A stretch of DNA of 64,000 nt. It comes from Tubiluchus corallicola (Eukaryota; Animalia; Priapulida). The stretch lies in assembly GCA_030141605.1 (NCBI GenBank), contig JAQGDQ010000005.1, positions 488,607 to 552,606 on the forward strand, written 5' to 3'. This document shows positions 39,602 to 51,367 of this stretch, one piece after another. The translations under genes and the position numbers were made by a program. Every line of letters starts with the position of its first letter. Position 1 is the stretch's first letter. The notes below the pieces were generated by a model that had not been told where the DNA came from, searched no databases, and saw only the letters and a program-made list of their open reading frames with translations.

Positions 39602-39815
39602 TGCCATACATTAATTTAAGCAAACAAACTAGTTTCCTAGCCATAATTCACAAGGGCAGCGTGTATTTTTAATGCCATGCGTTAATTTAAGCAAGCAAAC
39701 AAACTAGTTTCCTAGCCATAACTCACAAAGGCAGCGTGTATTTTTAATGCCATACATTAATTTAAGCAAGCAAACAAACTAGTTTCGTAGCCATAATTCA
39801 CAAAAGCAGCGTGTG
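39602..39815. repeat. ~70-bp tandem repeat, 3 copies
   Basis: gccatacattaatttaagcaa(gcaa)acaaactagtttcctagccataattcacaa.ggcagcgtgtatttttaat. Confidence 0.92.
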
Positions 39816-40626
39816 TTTTGGATAAGTAATAAGCATACAAAATTCCGACATCAGCAACACAAATCAGTCACCAATCTTTGGTTTAAGTGTTACAGACCAT
39901 GGTAAAAGTACTACTTATTGTAATAAAGCAATAATAAATACTGAAACTGAAAAGTGCAAATGAATAGCTATACATTCTTAACTAAATCCAAGCACAGTAA
40001 CTGCAGGCAAATGGTAAAATTGACTTTTACTCTCGGTCTTCACCATGGCTGTAAAATGAAAACCAGGGGAAAGTATGAAAATTGTAAATATTCCATGTAC
40101 ACTCTATAGTTTTAAAATAACGTGTACACATAACTTGGTCAAAGTCTTGTGCAGATGTGCGCTGCACAAGCTGAATTGGGCCACATTGCAGCAGGCACCC
40201 TCCAGAGCTCTACCACAGTTAAGTAATAGTATTGCACAGTATGTACTATTATTTAATCTGTGGCTGTACTCTTTTCACGCACTGCAGGGTTGCAATAGAA
40301 TCATGCTGGCATCAATTATTAGTAAATAACAAATACAGGTCAACTGGCTATACAGATATGTGAAGTAAATTAATGCTAAAACGTTGCATTACTATTTTTT
40401 CCACACTTTAAATTAAATTTCAAATCGCTGGAAACAAGACTCATGCAAGACTAACTGTGCATATTATGTATTATGTAATATTATGTAACAAGTATTTTGG
40501 CACAATTTAAGTAACTTTCATTGCTTGGTTAGGTCACGATGTTTGATGCAAGAGCATAATTAACAATTGCTGAACTTCGTCCACTTTGATGCTGTATTAA
40601 ACAAACACAGGCAATTCATTTACACA

Positions 40627-43600
40627 TCAATACATGTGACTGAATGTAGTTGTGCGACGACCAGGTGATGATAAGTAAGGATGTGGAGGAAGCTGCTCTG
40701 ACATTACTTGAACTTTGACCCACTGTTTCTTCTTGCTAGATTTTTTAACTGCATCAAGTACTGCTTGTACATACAGGCCATCCTCAAATGTTGCAGCAAG
40801 TGCCACGGGTTCTTTGACCCAACTGTGTTTATCTTCCACAGCTCCAAATGCATTTTTCAGAGCTGTTACAAGTCTAAATAAACCTCGCAAATATGGTTTT
40901 GGAAGGTATGTGTCAGTGATGTCTGCGGCTGTAGACGATCTTGAAAGGTCGTCAATGTCTCTGTACAATAGTTCTTCTTTGGTTTGTGACAGCTTTTGCC
41001 CATACAGATCTGAACCTCTGAGTATTAATCTCCCATTTGTTCCACAAATGATAATTTCTTGTGAAAAGCAGCCAGGTATATGGTTATTTAATGTGACAGT
41101 CGCACATGCACCGAGGTCCAATTCCATTTGTATTGCACAAAAGTCATCACTGGTAATATTACGTATACCACTCATTTTCTGTGACTGCTTGACATATGTT
41201 TTCACCATGCCATTTAGATGCGTAACCTTTTGCCCAGTTAGGAAATACAGAACGTCAATAACATGACTACCTACAATATTCATTAAGCCACCACCCATAT
41301 TTTCATCACACATCCAGTTGTATTGATCTGTCACTAAAGTACCACAATGTACTCTTGCCTCACATACTGTCACTTCACCAATATAATGTTGTCCTATGTA
41401 CTTTCGTGCCTGCACAAAAGCGGGCAGGAACCGTAATCCATGACTGATCAAAGAAATTAAGGATGGATAGTACTGAGCAGCATTTACCATCTTTAATGCG
41501 TCACTCTGATTTAAGCCAGCTGGCCTGTCGCAGAGAACATGCTTGCCAATTCGTAGTGCTTTTGCTGACATTTGTTCGTGAAGATGTGGTGGGCAAACAA
41601 TACACACGAGATCAACATTCTTGTGGAGAAGCACTTCTTTTTCCTACATAGTAATATTGCAAAATTAAAGACAGAGAAGCAAATAAAAAATGAAATGAAT
41701 GACTGTCTATTACAGCAACCCATTAAAATGTATTTCAGAAATGAATTTGAAAAATCAATAAAATATCAAGCATTTTCTGTTACTATCTAATGGGAAGACA
41801 AACACAGACAACATTTATTTACCATCACTTGTTTAACAGACAACATTAGCACTAACAACTATTTAGCATTACACTTACAGTAATACAGGTAAGAACGCAT
41901 ACACAAATAATGAATAACATGTAGGTGTATGCCCTGGCACTGGCAGCTGCTAGTCTCGAACTTAAGACTGTGTGGTTGCAGTCCGAAATCTAAACCACTC
42001 GGCCACCCAACTCAGGACCAAGAAAAATTCGGCATCACAATAGTTGAGGTACTTTTAGGAAAACTGATTATGCATTTAGGAACTGATAAAAATAAATAGC
42101 ACAGTTTCGAGGCAATACAACTTTTTAGTTAACAATAAATGTTTATAAAAATACTTCAATAGGCAAGGCAATTTTTCATTTCATATTTCCACATGTTAAT
42201 GACTAATCACTGCAAATTTATAGTCGTCAAAATTGAGTGTTTGTGCTGTACAGAAAAACCCAATTATGTCGGATACCAACTGCATATTATGCTAAATGTC
42301 AAAACACTTGTATTGACATTTTTGAAATTTAGTCAAGTCAACAGTCTAAGGCGAATGATTTAGTGCTAAGAAGAAAAATGATGTGAAATTGTATTTATTA
42401 GAACTTCTTCATACTAACAGGAAACTATGTAAGCTTTCATAATGTGAGAAAATGTGTCAATATTTAATATTACAATGTTAACACACTTACATTACTCGTA
42501 GAAAAAGGAATTTTCAGGTCACGGGCCAACATTTCAGCTTGTTCTTGTGAGCGTCCCCAAACTGCTTCTACGGTAAAACCATTATTTCGAAGAATTGGCA
42601 CCAAAACACGCACAACAGGACCTGAAACATTTATTGTCACAGGACAAATCTTAAGTGATGTACAATTATTCAAAATGTTATTAGAGCATAACTAAAGATG
42701 TATCATTTTCAAATAGAATTTATTTGATTGTATCTTCCATCACACGTGAATTTATTAACACATAATCTAACAAAACTAATGAAATGGGAAGGTGAAAACC
42801 AAAAGGTAATCTGTTGATAAGTAAAAATGTTGATAAGGCTATATTTATAGACCCAAAATCCTGTTATAGTCCTGTGATTTTGCAAATTCGTTGGTTACTA
42901 CACATCTTCTGTTCAAAAGACTCCGAGTTTTTTCTTTCTGCTTCTTTAATGTATAGTCAGACCAAAATTGACATATGCAAGGGAACTTTTTTAGGCAACT
43001 ATTGCTATTTATCATTAATTTTATTTATTACTGTAGTGTTACATTAAAAAAGCAAAAGTTTAGGCCCTGTTAATGCATAAGCTAATACAAACTTAGTCAC
43101 ATGACACACCACATATTTACATGATGTTAATGCGAACTGTATAGCGTACAACAGTGAATATTACATAATTATCTGTTATTATACACTAAATATAGGACTA
43201 AATTATTGATCACGGGATTAACAGAAACATCTACTGATGATGTAAGAATAATAACATAGAAAAAACGAGATGCGAAGTGTAATAGTGCAGGTACAATGTG
43301 GGGTAGGTGGTGTAGTGTGGGCAGAAATCTACAATACTAAACTATCAAGAATCCTAATCCGTTGCTTTATCATGGCGGGTCAAGTGGATAGGTTATTGTA
43401 GCCCTCAAGCACTATCTGTCATGCCCATTCATTTAAATGGAATTGAAAAACTTGGCTGGGTTTATAAAACAGGAAAAGACATCTAGTGCCTAAAACTAAA
43501 AGATTGTTGTCGTTGTTTTTGTGTATTTGCATGTCTCTGGACTATAGCTTTTAGTAAAAGCTATAACCCAGAGACATGCAAATACACAAAAACAACGACA

Positions 43601-44052
43601 TAGACATGGACATTTATTTTCTCCAAATGGGTCACAAATTTCCATTTTACAAAAAAAATAACTTTATCCGTGGAGATGGGGGCAAGGAAAGACGACAACA
43701 ATCTTTTTACAAATTGCTTAACTGAGCGGCTATTATAAAGAGTTATTACAATTATTAGTAGAGTAAAATTCTTTTATGGTGTTTAGAATATAGGTCTAAC
43801 TAGTATCAAGTTTCATGTAAAACTCTATTATTTTTCGTCCTTAGTACTTAGTAGACCTACTTTTATGCTTAATATTTTCACATTAAATCAGACACCAAGA
43901 CAGCAGGGTACCAGGTAATATGGATTTTACATACTAAAGTATCTAATGCTTTTAAAGACAGTCAATAATTACTACCACTTCACTGTTAGAGTAGCATATA
44001 TTCTAGTCTAGGTACCTGTTCCAAAGACACCTATGCCAGGTAACATTATCAT
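40627..44052 (-). CDS. GFOD1: Glucose-fructose oxidoreductase domain-containing protein (GFOD1/GFOD2-like, Gfo/Idh/MocA family), ~394 aa
   Basis: Exons (-): 44052-44016 (MIMLPGIGVFGT), 42621-42491 (GPVVRVLVPILRNNGFTVEAVWGRSQEQAE...FSTSN), 41643-40627 (EKEVLLHKNVDLVC...LRFLPAF...YNWMCDENMGGG...GIRNITSDDFC...AATFEDGLYVQAV). GT-AG introns are in phase. The protein is probably co-orthologous to both vertebrate paralogs. Confidence 0.92.
41930..42008 (-). mobile_element. tRNA-derived SINE head (Pol III A and B boxes) in GFOD intron 2
   Basis: Minus strand ggTGGCCGAGTGGtttagatttcggactgcaaccacacagtcttaaGTTCGAGACtag. A box and B box are at tRNA-like spacing, but no clean acceptor stem is present. 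Confidence 0.55.
43508..43600. repeat. 93-bp near-perfect palindrome (fold-back) in GFOD intron 1
   Basis: 33-bp perfect arms (43508-43540 / 43568-43600), a 2-nt mismatch, 11-bp inner arms (tatagctttta / taaaagctata) and a 1-nt centre. Confidence 0.93.
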
Positions 44053-44400
44053 TTCAGACTAAGTAAAACATGCACGACTGGTCAAAATTATCATACACTA
44101 CAAAATCACAAACAAATGAAGCACAAGAAGGAAAAAATCAAAAATTTACGAAACATTCACATATCTACACTCCGTCCATGATTTTTGCTCACTGCACTTT
44201 CTATGGTAGCAGGGTTGCCAGATTCCGGTAGCTATAATAGTCCAACTTTCTGTTTAAAAAAGACCAGAGGCCGAATCATCGTAAGAAACTTTGTGCCATT
44301 TTTTTGTTTGCGTAAAGTTACGATCACATTTAATAACCTTCTTAAGTTACGAAACTTTTTGTGAGTTCCATCGTAAGACTTAAGAATGTTCTTCAGAAAA

Positions 44401-46645
44401 TGTTGTTTATTGCCCATGGATACGCTCGATCCTCTTCACCACCAGTGGCGGGCAAATAGACTTCAATAATAAGTGTCTGTTTGTGAGATCAACAACACGA
44501 TCCACTTGTTTTACAAATCACACCAAATATCTTTTACGTCAATTTGCCTTTACTGTTCACTCGTCTTTAGTTATATTCAGGGCCTATTTCAAGGGGGGGG
44601 GGGGAGTGGGGATATTTCCCCGGGGCCTCACCCTCCAGGGGGGGGGCACGCGCCAAGGTAACATTTTTTTTTGCTTTATGCGAACATACTGCCTCCCCCC
44701 TCCCTCTCTCTCTCTCTCTCTCTCTTGCCGCACGTGCGCCGTTTGCCAGTATTGACAAGTATTAGGGACTGGTCTTGAGAATAAAGGAGTTTTTCTTTCA
44801 ATTGTTCTTGCCTTTAACAATTGTATAACTCCGAATTTTCTCCTCGAAAATGCTTCACCGGCAGTCTAGCAGTTCAAAATTTTTCTGGGCGCCAACCATG
44901 GTAGCCCCCCCCCCCCGGCACTTCGCCCCCTGGCCCCCTCCCTCACCCCCAATGGGGCCTCACACGCCCCACTTCCCCGGGCCTCGCCTAGGCTGAAATA
45001 GGCCCTGGTTATATTTTTAGTTTCAACAGCTCGTTAACATACATCCTAGTCAGTAGCAATTTATTTATGTTCCATTCACTTATATCTTGCACAGATGTGC
45101 CCAACTTGTTGATATACACAGCATTACATTCAAAAAGATGCTCAGTGGTATCCTCTGCTACCTGGCATAAAGAACATTTGAGATCCCATTTATACAGATT
45201 TTTGAAATTTGCTTTAACATCTATCATATTAAGTCTAATTGACATAATATATTTCATTTCGTCTAACCTACATTTTTCGGCATACATTTGTCTTTGGAAA
45301 GTATTGTTTTTAAAAACCTTAATTTTGTCATAGTTTCTATTTTAGTTTTAAGCTCTCTTTCTGTAAATAAATGAATTTCATTCTTTACATATTTTTTCCA
45401 TCTAGATTTGGTTATTACAGTTATATCAACTGTACTTATATCAATATTATATTTATTCGTGATGTGTTTGATTTCTGAATACCAACATTTATTGAAGTTA
45501 TTATTTAATTGCACTTTTAGAACTTGTTTTGCCGTTCTTTCATCATTTGAGTTCATTAACAGACGATAATACGTTAATTTTTTAAAGTCTACCCTACAAA
45601 CATTGGCCAGGTTTTTGTTTCACTTAACATGCCCCAATATGGCGTACTATCGTTTTGACGTAAAATCTTTGCTAGTGCTTCTTTTTGTATGCTTTCTAAT
45701 TTATCTATTTCTGATTTGGTGAGATTGGTCCAAGTCTCAGCATTATTGATTATTATCGGTATAACTGTGTTTTCGTACACCATTAGCCGAACAGCTGTAA
45801 CAGTAGTTCCAACCTTAGATTCATTCCTAATGTTCATTATTTCTAAAATCATAAATTTCATTTTATCTTTTTTTCAAACATAAGCTGATAATTAGTTTTG
45901 CTATTAAACCAATCTCCCAAGTATTTATATTCATGAATTTGTTTAATTTGGCCATTTTTTACGTTCAATATAGTTCTTTATTGTGTCTCTTTTTTGTCAT
46001 ATTAGTTACCATGTATTTTGTTTTTTTAAGTTGAAGTTCATCATTTTTTGAGTTTCTGCTTCTTTAATTACTGTTTCTGTAGTCCATACTGATAACACGT
46101 CATCCACATATAGCAGGGTGCCAATTTCTAATCAGGGCCAAACATTGTCACTGAATGATACTGTATATCAATTATATCGTACATTGTTATCCCACATAGT
46201 GTTGGTCCTATTGGAGTACCTTGCCTTACATTTTCAGTTATTTTAATACTTTTAGTAAATCCAATAGGGGTGTTAATTTTGGCTTTAGGTTCACAGTTGA
46301 GCTTATAAACTGGTAATGTGTCACGAGAATTAAATCCTAATTTCCATAATTGATAAATGTAATCTTGTAGCCATAATCGGTCAAAACACTTTTCAACATC
46401 ACCAAATAATAAGCATAATTCTGTATTCATCATTTTATTCTAATCTAATATGGCTCTCAATGTAAAAGGTGATCTGATGTTCCTCTATTTTTACGCCATC
46501 TGCACTGTAAATTGCTGATTTTATTGTTTAATATGTCACAGTTTCCTTTTATGAGAATCCTTTCAAATAATTTGCTAATAGCTGATGTTAAGAAAATCGC
46601 TCGTCTGTTAACCTCGTCTGTCAAACATTTCAAAGGTAACATTAG
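44401..46645 (-). mobile_element. 5'-truncated, frameshifted non-LTR retrotransposon (LINE) RT-zinc knuckle remnant (RTE-X-like, clade tentative), interrupted by the hAT MITE
   Basis: Minus-strand pieces NRRAIFLTSAISKLFERI, FGDVEKCFDRLW, VRQGTPIGPTLC, LLYVDDV (~46100), YKYLGDW, NNAETWTNL..IDKLESIQ, and CCHC-type CSLCQVAEDTTEHLFEC. AATAAA-containing 3' end near 44405. Confidence 0.88.
44578..45007. mobile_element. hAT-superfamily MITE (430 bp) with perfect TIR and TSD
   Basis: 14-bp TIR CAGGGCCTATTTCA / TGAAATAGGCCCTG; perfect 8-bp TSD GTTATATT at 44570-44577 and 45008-45015; GC-rich interior. Confidence 0.92.
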
Positions 46646-46796
46646 TCGGAAAATAGCCTTTGACTAATGCTATTTTTTAAATATTCGACAATAAATAAAA
46701 ATTTTTTTACTACTACTAGGAACTAAACAGTTCACATAAGAAGCTTTGTGAATCCGCCTCCTGCATTATTTTACTACGCTAAGTAAAGGCACAGCC

Positions 46797-46960
46797 AAAT
46801 CAAATCAAGTTTATTTTCTCTATAACATTTCAGGAACATATACATATAATGAAATATACAAACATAATTAGAGTAATAAGTGTGTTAATAAAGTAAATAT
46901 AATGTCAAAGAGATAGGGTAGTGAATTGACTAAAAAATTATCAAGTCAGCTACCCTTTAT
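46797..46960 (-). mobile_element. 3' tail of an L2/CR1-type LINE
   Basis: Minus strand ends aataaac(ttgat)n, preceded by a stem-loop agggtag...ctaccct similar to the 3' end at 47336-47466. Confidence 0.5.
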
Positions 46961-47194
46961 TTGGCAACAAAATTGGTTAATTTGAGCACTGGTTAACATA
47001 GCAGATTAAGTAATGATGTAAAGTTATCTGTCAAATAATAGTAGATAATTATCATCTAAATGTATGTTATCAAGTTATTTCCATCAAAATTAAATATATA
47101 AGTAAAGCACGTTAAAAAAGCGTGAAAGTGAATTAATGTTGTTTTGAAAACACCCATAGTACGACCCTTAGTGGAACTAGAAACACAAATTCAT

Positions 47195-47335
47195 ACAATA
47201 ATAATGATAATGATAATAATGTACATACAACAACATCATTATTGTACAGCAATAATTACTGTACAACAATATGATGACTGTACTATTATATAATAATACA
47301 ATAATAATGATAATAATAATAATAATAATAATGAT
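47195..47335. repeat. (AAT/GAT)n low-complexity microsatellite
   Basis: Direct reading. Confidence 0.85.
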
Positions 47336-48740
47336 ATTCAATTCAATTCAATGTATTTATTAACTCCGCAACAATTATCAAAATACAGTATTAGGAATAC
47401 ATGCAATATTATGTACCAAAGGAGAAGGGCAGCGAAGAACCCGTAGGTTATCTAGTCAGCCACCCTTAAATAGCTAGGGTTAAAAAAAATTAATTTTGGT
47501 ACCGGTCTCAATTTAAATTTGAATTCTGTAGACGTGTGTAATTGGCAATTAAATGATGGGAAACTCAATACTGTAGAACATTATAATTTAAATAACCAAA
47601 AATTTACAATTCTAAAATACTGTGAGTATGCAAGCAACAAAATAAAAATAACTTAAGGTTTTTAACATAACGGAAAATGGATAATGTGAGCATTAACTGA
47701 AAAATCCGGCAAAAAACAAAAAATCAGTAGAATGATCAACCAAAGATGTTCATAAAACGAATATAATAAATTAAACCAAGGAAATAAGGTAAATATAAAT
47801 CATACAAAACAAAACAAAAAACTGAAACAAATAAGAAAAAACAAGACTGAAATGTTGTAATAGTAACATCAATGACTGAAGATGTCGAGAAAGAGAATAT
47901 AATAATTAAACCATCGAAAAACTAAATCTCAACTGTAAATAAGACAAAATGAAATCAAAATATAGCAAAAACTTAAAGAAAAACTTATAGTTCGTAACAA
48001 TGAAAAAAATGTATAGGTGTTCAAAGTACATAAGTAAAATATCTCATTTATTTGTACCCTGCAATAAATTGTTTTTTATAGTTTAGAATTAACTTATTGT
48101 AGTTACTTGACTTTAATTGATCAGATAATGAATTCCATAGCAAAGATCCTTGTTGTTTTAAAGAATTCTGGCCTTTAGATGAATTAAATCTTTCAATAAA
48201 ATAAGATTGGGCAGTAGCAAACCTAGTAGAATGGTGATGCATGTGACATGCTAAAGTATAATAATTGCTGAAGAGATCCGGGAGTGAATTATTTTTGAAT
48301 TTATATACAAACTTGACCAGTTCTAATTTATACAGATCTTATACTTTTAGTAGACCTAATTGCAAATACAAAGGTGCTGCATGTTCTCTTTTACTAGTAA
48401 ATGTTATAAGTTTGATAATCTTGTTTTGTTTAGAAACCAATGATTTTAAGACCAATGCTGAAGCACTACCCCAGGCAAGAATGCCATAACTCAGATATGG
48501 CATGACAAGAGAAGAATACAAGAGCCGTAATGCATCTACATTTATGTAGTGTCGTATTCTAGCTAATACACCACTTAATTTGCTAATTTTGTTGACTATA
48601 ATGCAGTACATGTGTTTCCCAATGAATTCTACTACAAATATACCAAGATATTTGATTTCTTAGGCAGATTGAATATTACAACCTCCCATATTTATGTTTA
48701 AACTAATGCTATGTTGCTTGTTTCCAATTAACATATATTT
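47336..48740 (-). mobile_element. 3' fragment of a CR1/L2-clade LINE (ORF2 C-terminus, 3' UTR and (TTGAA)n tail)
   Basis: KYLGIF...KISKLSGVLARIRHYIN..ALRLLYSSLVMPYLSYGILAWG...QNKIIKLI...EHAAPLYLQLGLLKV*...HSTRF...GSLLWNSL. Tail aataaatacattgaattgaattgaat on the minus strand. Confidence 0.88.
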
Positions 48741-49154
48741 TTTTTTATAATTTATGGATGGATATTAATAATACTAACAGTAGGCTCAATTAGGATACAG
48801 TAGTAGATCCCTGTATCATTTACCACGTCAGGTAATGACGCCAAATGGTGGCAGATTTTAGATAAGAAAGATATTAATACTAGCAGTTAATGAGACAAAA
48901 ATTGACACAAAATATATTTCGTGAGACGAAGCCAGTAACCAAAGCCAGGCCAGTAAAATATCACTGAAAAAAAGGCCAAAATCCAAGCACAAAATTAATA
49001 ATCCATATATAATCAAAAAAGGCCAGATTGGATTTAGAAAACCAAACCTGGCAACCCTGTATAATAATCATTAGAAAGGTAGAGTTTGGTAAAGTCATAG
49101 ATAATAAAAATGTTTTATTTAGACTGGTACATAACGTCCAAAAACAAAAGAACG

Positions 49155-49188
49155 CCCTTTTCGATAGTGGCTGCTGAAGAGTGTTGAG
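49155..49188 (+). promoter_or_regulatory. Candidate TCT/5'-TOP start and non-coding first exon of RPS18
   Basis: gcCCTTTTCG pyrimidine tract followed by a possible donor gag|gttgtt. A strong acceptor ttttcatttttttag lies 4 nt before the RPS18 ATG. Confidence 0.4.
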
Positions 49189-50908
49189 GTTGTTTTTTCT
49201 CAGTTCAGATTAATTTCATTAATTTTGATTAAATAGTCACGACTTTTAGCTCGTTGTTGTAAAGGCTCCACATAACCTTTAATTTCGTTAATAAAAGTGT
49301 AGTAATGTACTGTAGCACACTGGTGGCTATACTAGTTACTACTTTTACTAGTAGTAGCAGGGTACACTAGTAGTAGTAATGGACAACTCTATAAATACGG
49401 GCGCAACTGGAAGGCACAAACCTGCATTGTGAAAAACACGGGATTGGCAAGAGTAACTCAGATTGTTTTCAATATATCGACAGAAAATAATTTCTAAATA
49501 AATTGTACAATGTGTCTGGAGGTCCAGTTCCGGATCCGAATTTTTATCTTATCTAACACCCGAATTCGAAATATTGTGGCGTATGCGATGTCTAGTCTAG
49601 CAGTGGTTAAAGGTACGGGACAGCATTAGGAAAATCAGTAACTAAGCAATACCGATCCGTCTGCCAAGTGCATTTATTTAATAAAAAGTATTGATTATTT
49701 CATATCTTGAACGATGTTGACTAGAAAATACTGAACCATATCTGGTGATAACCAGTGAAAACACTGTAGAAATTCATGCCAGTGTTAGCATAGCCTGCCT
49801 TGCTTGATTCTCCTGATACTATAATTAAGTACTATAATTAAGTGCAAGGAAGCACAAACAATAAGGTTATTTATATACAAAAAGCTGGCTAGATTATAGA
49901 AATGAATTTAGTGCAGTATCTGTTGTGAAAGTATTTGGGATTTGTGTAGTTATAATTAATAGAACATAGTAAAGAGCTTTATGAAGCCTACGCCACCCCT
50001 CTCCCGAAAATAGAAGTACCTGTCTGCTGTGTCAGAAGACGCAGTATCTCTAAAAAAATTTCTGGAACATAACATTAACTTTAGGGTTTCGTTATTTTGT
50101 AAATAATTATAATATTAGTTCTAACATCCAGGTCATTAAATTACTATTATAGCAGCTGTTTATATAAACGCATTATAATACCACATCAGTATTAGAAAAT
50201 AGAACTGTAATGAGATAATAGTGAAACACAACTAGAACCCCAAGGGTTTTACTTAGTGTAATTGAAGGTAGTGAAAAATTTAATTTAGTTCAAGGATCCT
50301 TAGTTCGTTCCTTATTCATTATGCATGGACTGGGACAAATTTAAGAATGATGCATTTATTACCCGTCCAACTTTCTTGTATATTTTGTTGTATATATTCA
50401 TGAACTTTTTAGCAGAATTATAATAAAGGGCAAATCCACATCAATAACAGCTTGGATTCATATTAGACTCGATTGATTGACCTATAATTTTATGTTTGTT
50501 ATAAAATTCAAGTTGACCTACATCATACACGTTATCCATATTTGCAGTGTTGCGCCTTGTTAATCCTAGTATAGGCCACCTCAATCTCGTTAAGTATATA
50601 AGTTTTATTTGGCTGCCGTACAAGTGAGAAAATAAGTACTAGACGCAGCTGCCGTTGCTCGAGTTTTGGGCATCTTGCAGTGCTTTGGTAATCACTGACA
50701 CAGTATCGGATCTGTAAGAAAAAAATTATTGGGTCCGGTGCCAAACTTCTAAACACTTTGATCATTATATTGTGACTATGGTAATACTGTGTTTTTGAGA
50801 ATTCTAGCTAGCTGAAACTGTTAAACTATTCTTTGATTAGATGTGATTTTTAGGGTTTCTGGTGTAAAACACGGTGCGTAATCTTCAACTTTTCATTTTT
50901 TTAGCATC

Positions 50909-51367
50909 ATGTCATTAGTAGTACCAGAAAAATTTCAGCACATTTTGCGTGTACTGAATACCAACATTGATGGGCAAAGAAAAGTCATGTTTGCCTTGAC
51001 GGCTATCAAGGGCTGTGGTCGACGGTATAGCAACATTGTATGTAAAAAAGCGGACATCGACTTAACGAAGCGTGCCGGAGAATTGAGTGAAGAGGAGGTT
51101 GAGCGTCTTATCACAATAATGCAGAACCCGCGCCAGTACAAAATCCCTGATTGGTTTTTAAATAGACAAAAAGATGTTAAAGATGGAAAATACAGCCAAG
51201 CATTGTCAAGCGGTTTAGACAGTAAACTTCGTGAAGATTTGGAAAGAATGAAGAAGATTCGTGCTCATAGGGGTTTGCGTCACTACATGGGTTTGCGAGT
51301 GCGAGGTCAACACACTAAAACTACAGGTCGCCGTGGAAGAACTGTAGGTGTGTCCAAGAAGAAATAA
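50909..51367 (+). CDS. RPS18: 40S ribosomal protein S18 (uS13), CDS without introns
   Basis: [22 protein letters not shown]...[19 protein letters not shown]...[25 protein letters not shown], 152 aa. AATAAA at 51407. Confidence 0.98.
   Translation: MSLVVPEKFQHILRVLNTNIDGQRKVMFALTAIKGCGRRYSNIVCKKADIDLTKRAGELSEEEVERLITIMQNPRQYKIPDWFLNRQKDVKDGKYSQALSSGLDSKLREDLERMKKIRAHRGLRHYMGLRVRGQHTKTTGRRGRTVGVSKKK

Larger units (their letters stand above)
44210..49059. mobile_element. Putative hAT-type element with CAGGGTTGCCAG TIRs, expanded by nested insertions
   Basis: cagggttgccag at 44210 and ctggcaaccctg ending 49059. Flanking 8-mers tatggtag / tataataa (5/8 identical, all differences G/A) may be a decayed TSD. 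Confidence 0.45.

Noticed and set aside
40715-41266. 183-aa plus-strand ORF
   Set aside because: Antisense shadow of the GFOD main exon.
41930-42008. Functional tRNA gene
   Set aside because: A and B boxes are present but the acceptor and anticodon stems do not pair convincingly. A SINE head is more likely.
44473-44820. GC-rich short ORFs on both strands
   Set aside because: They lie within the non-coding hAT MITE (poly-G/C and CT runs).
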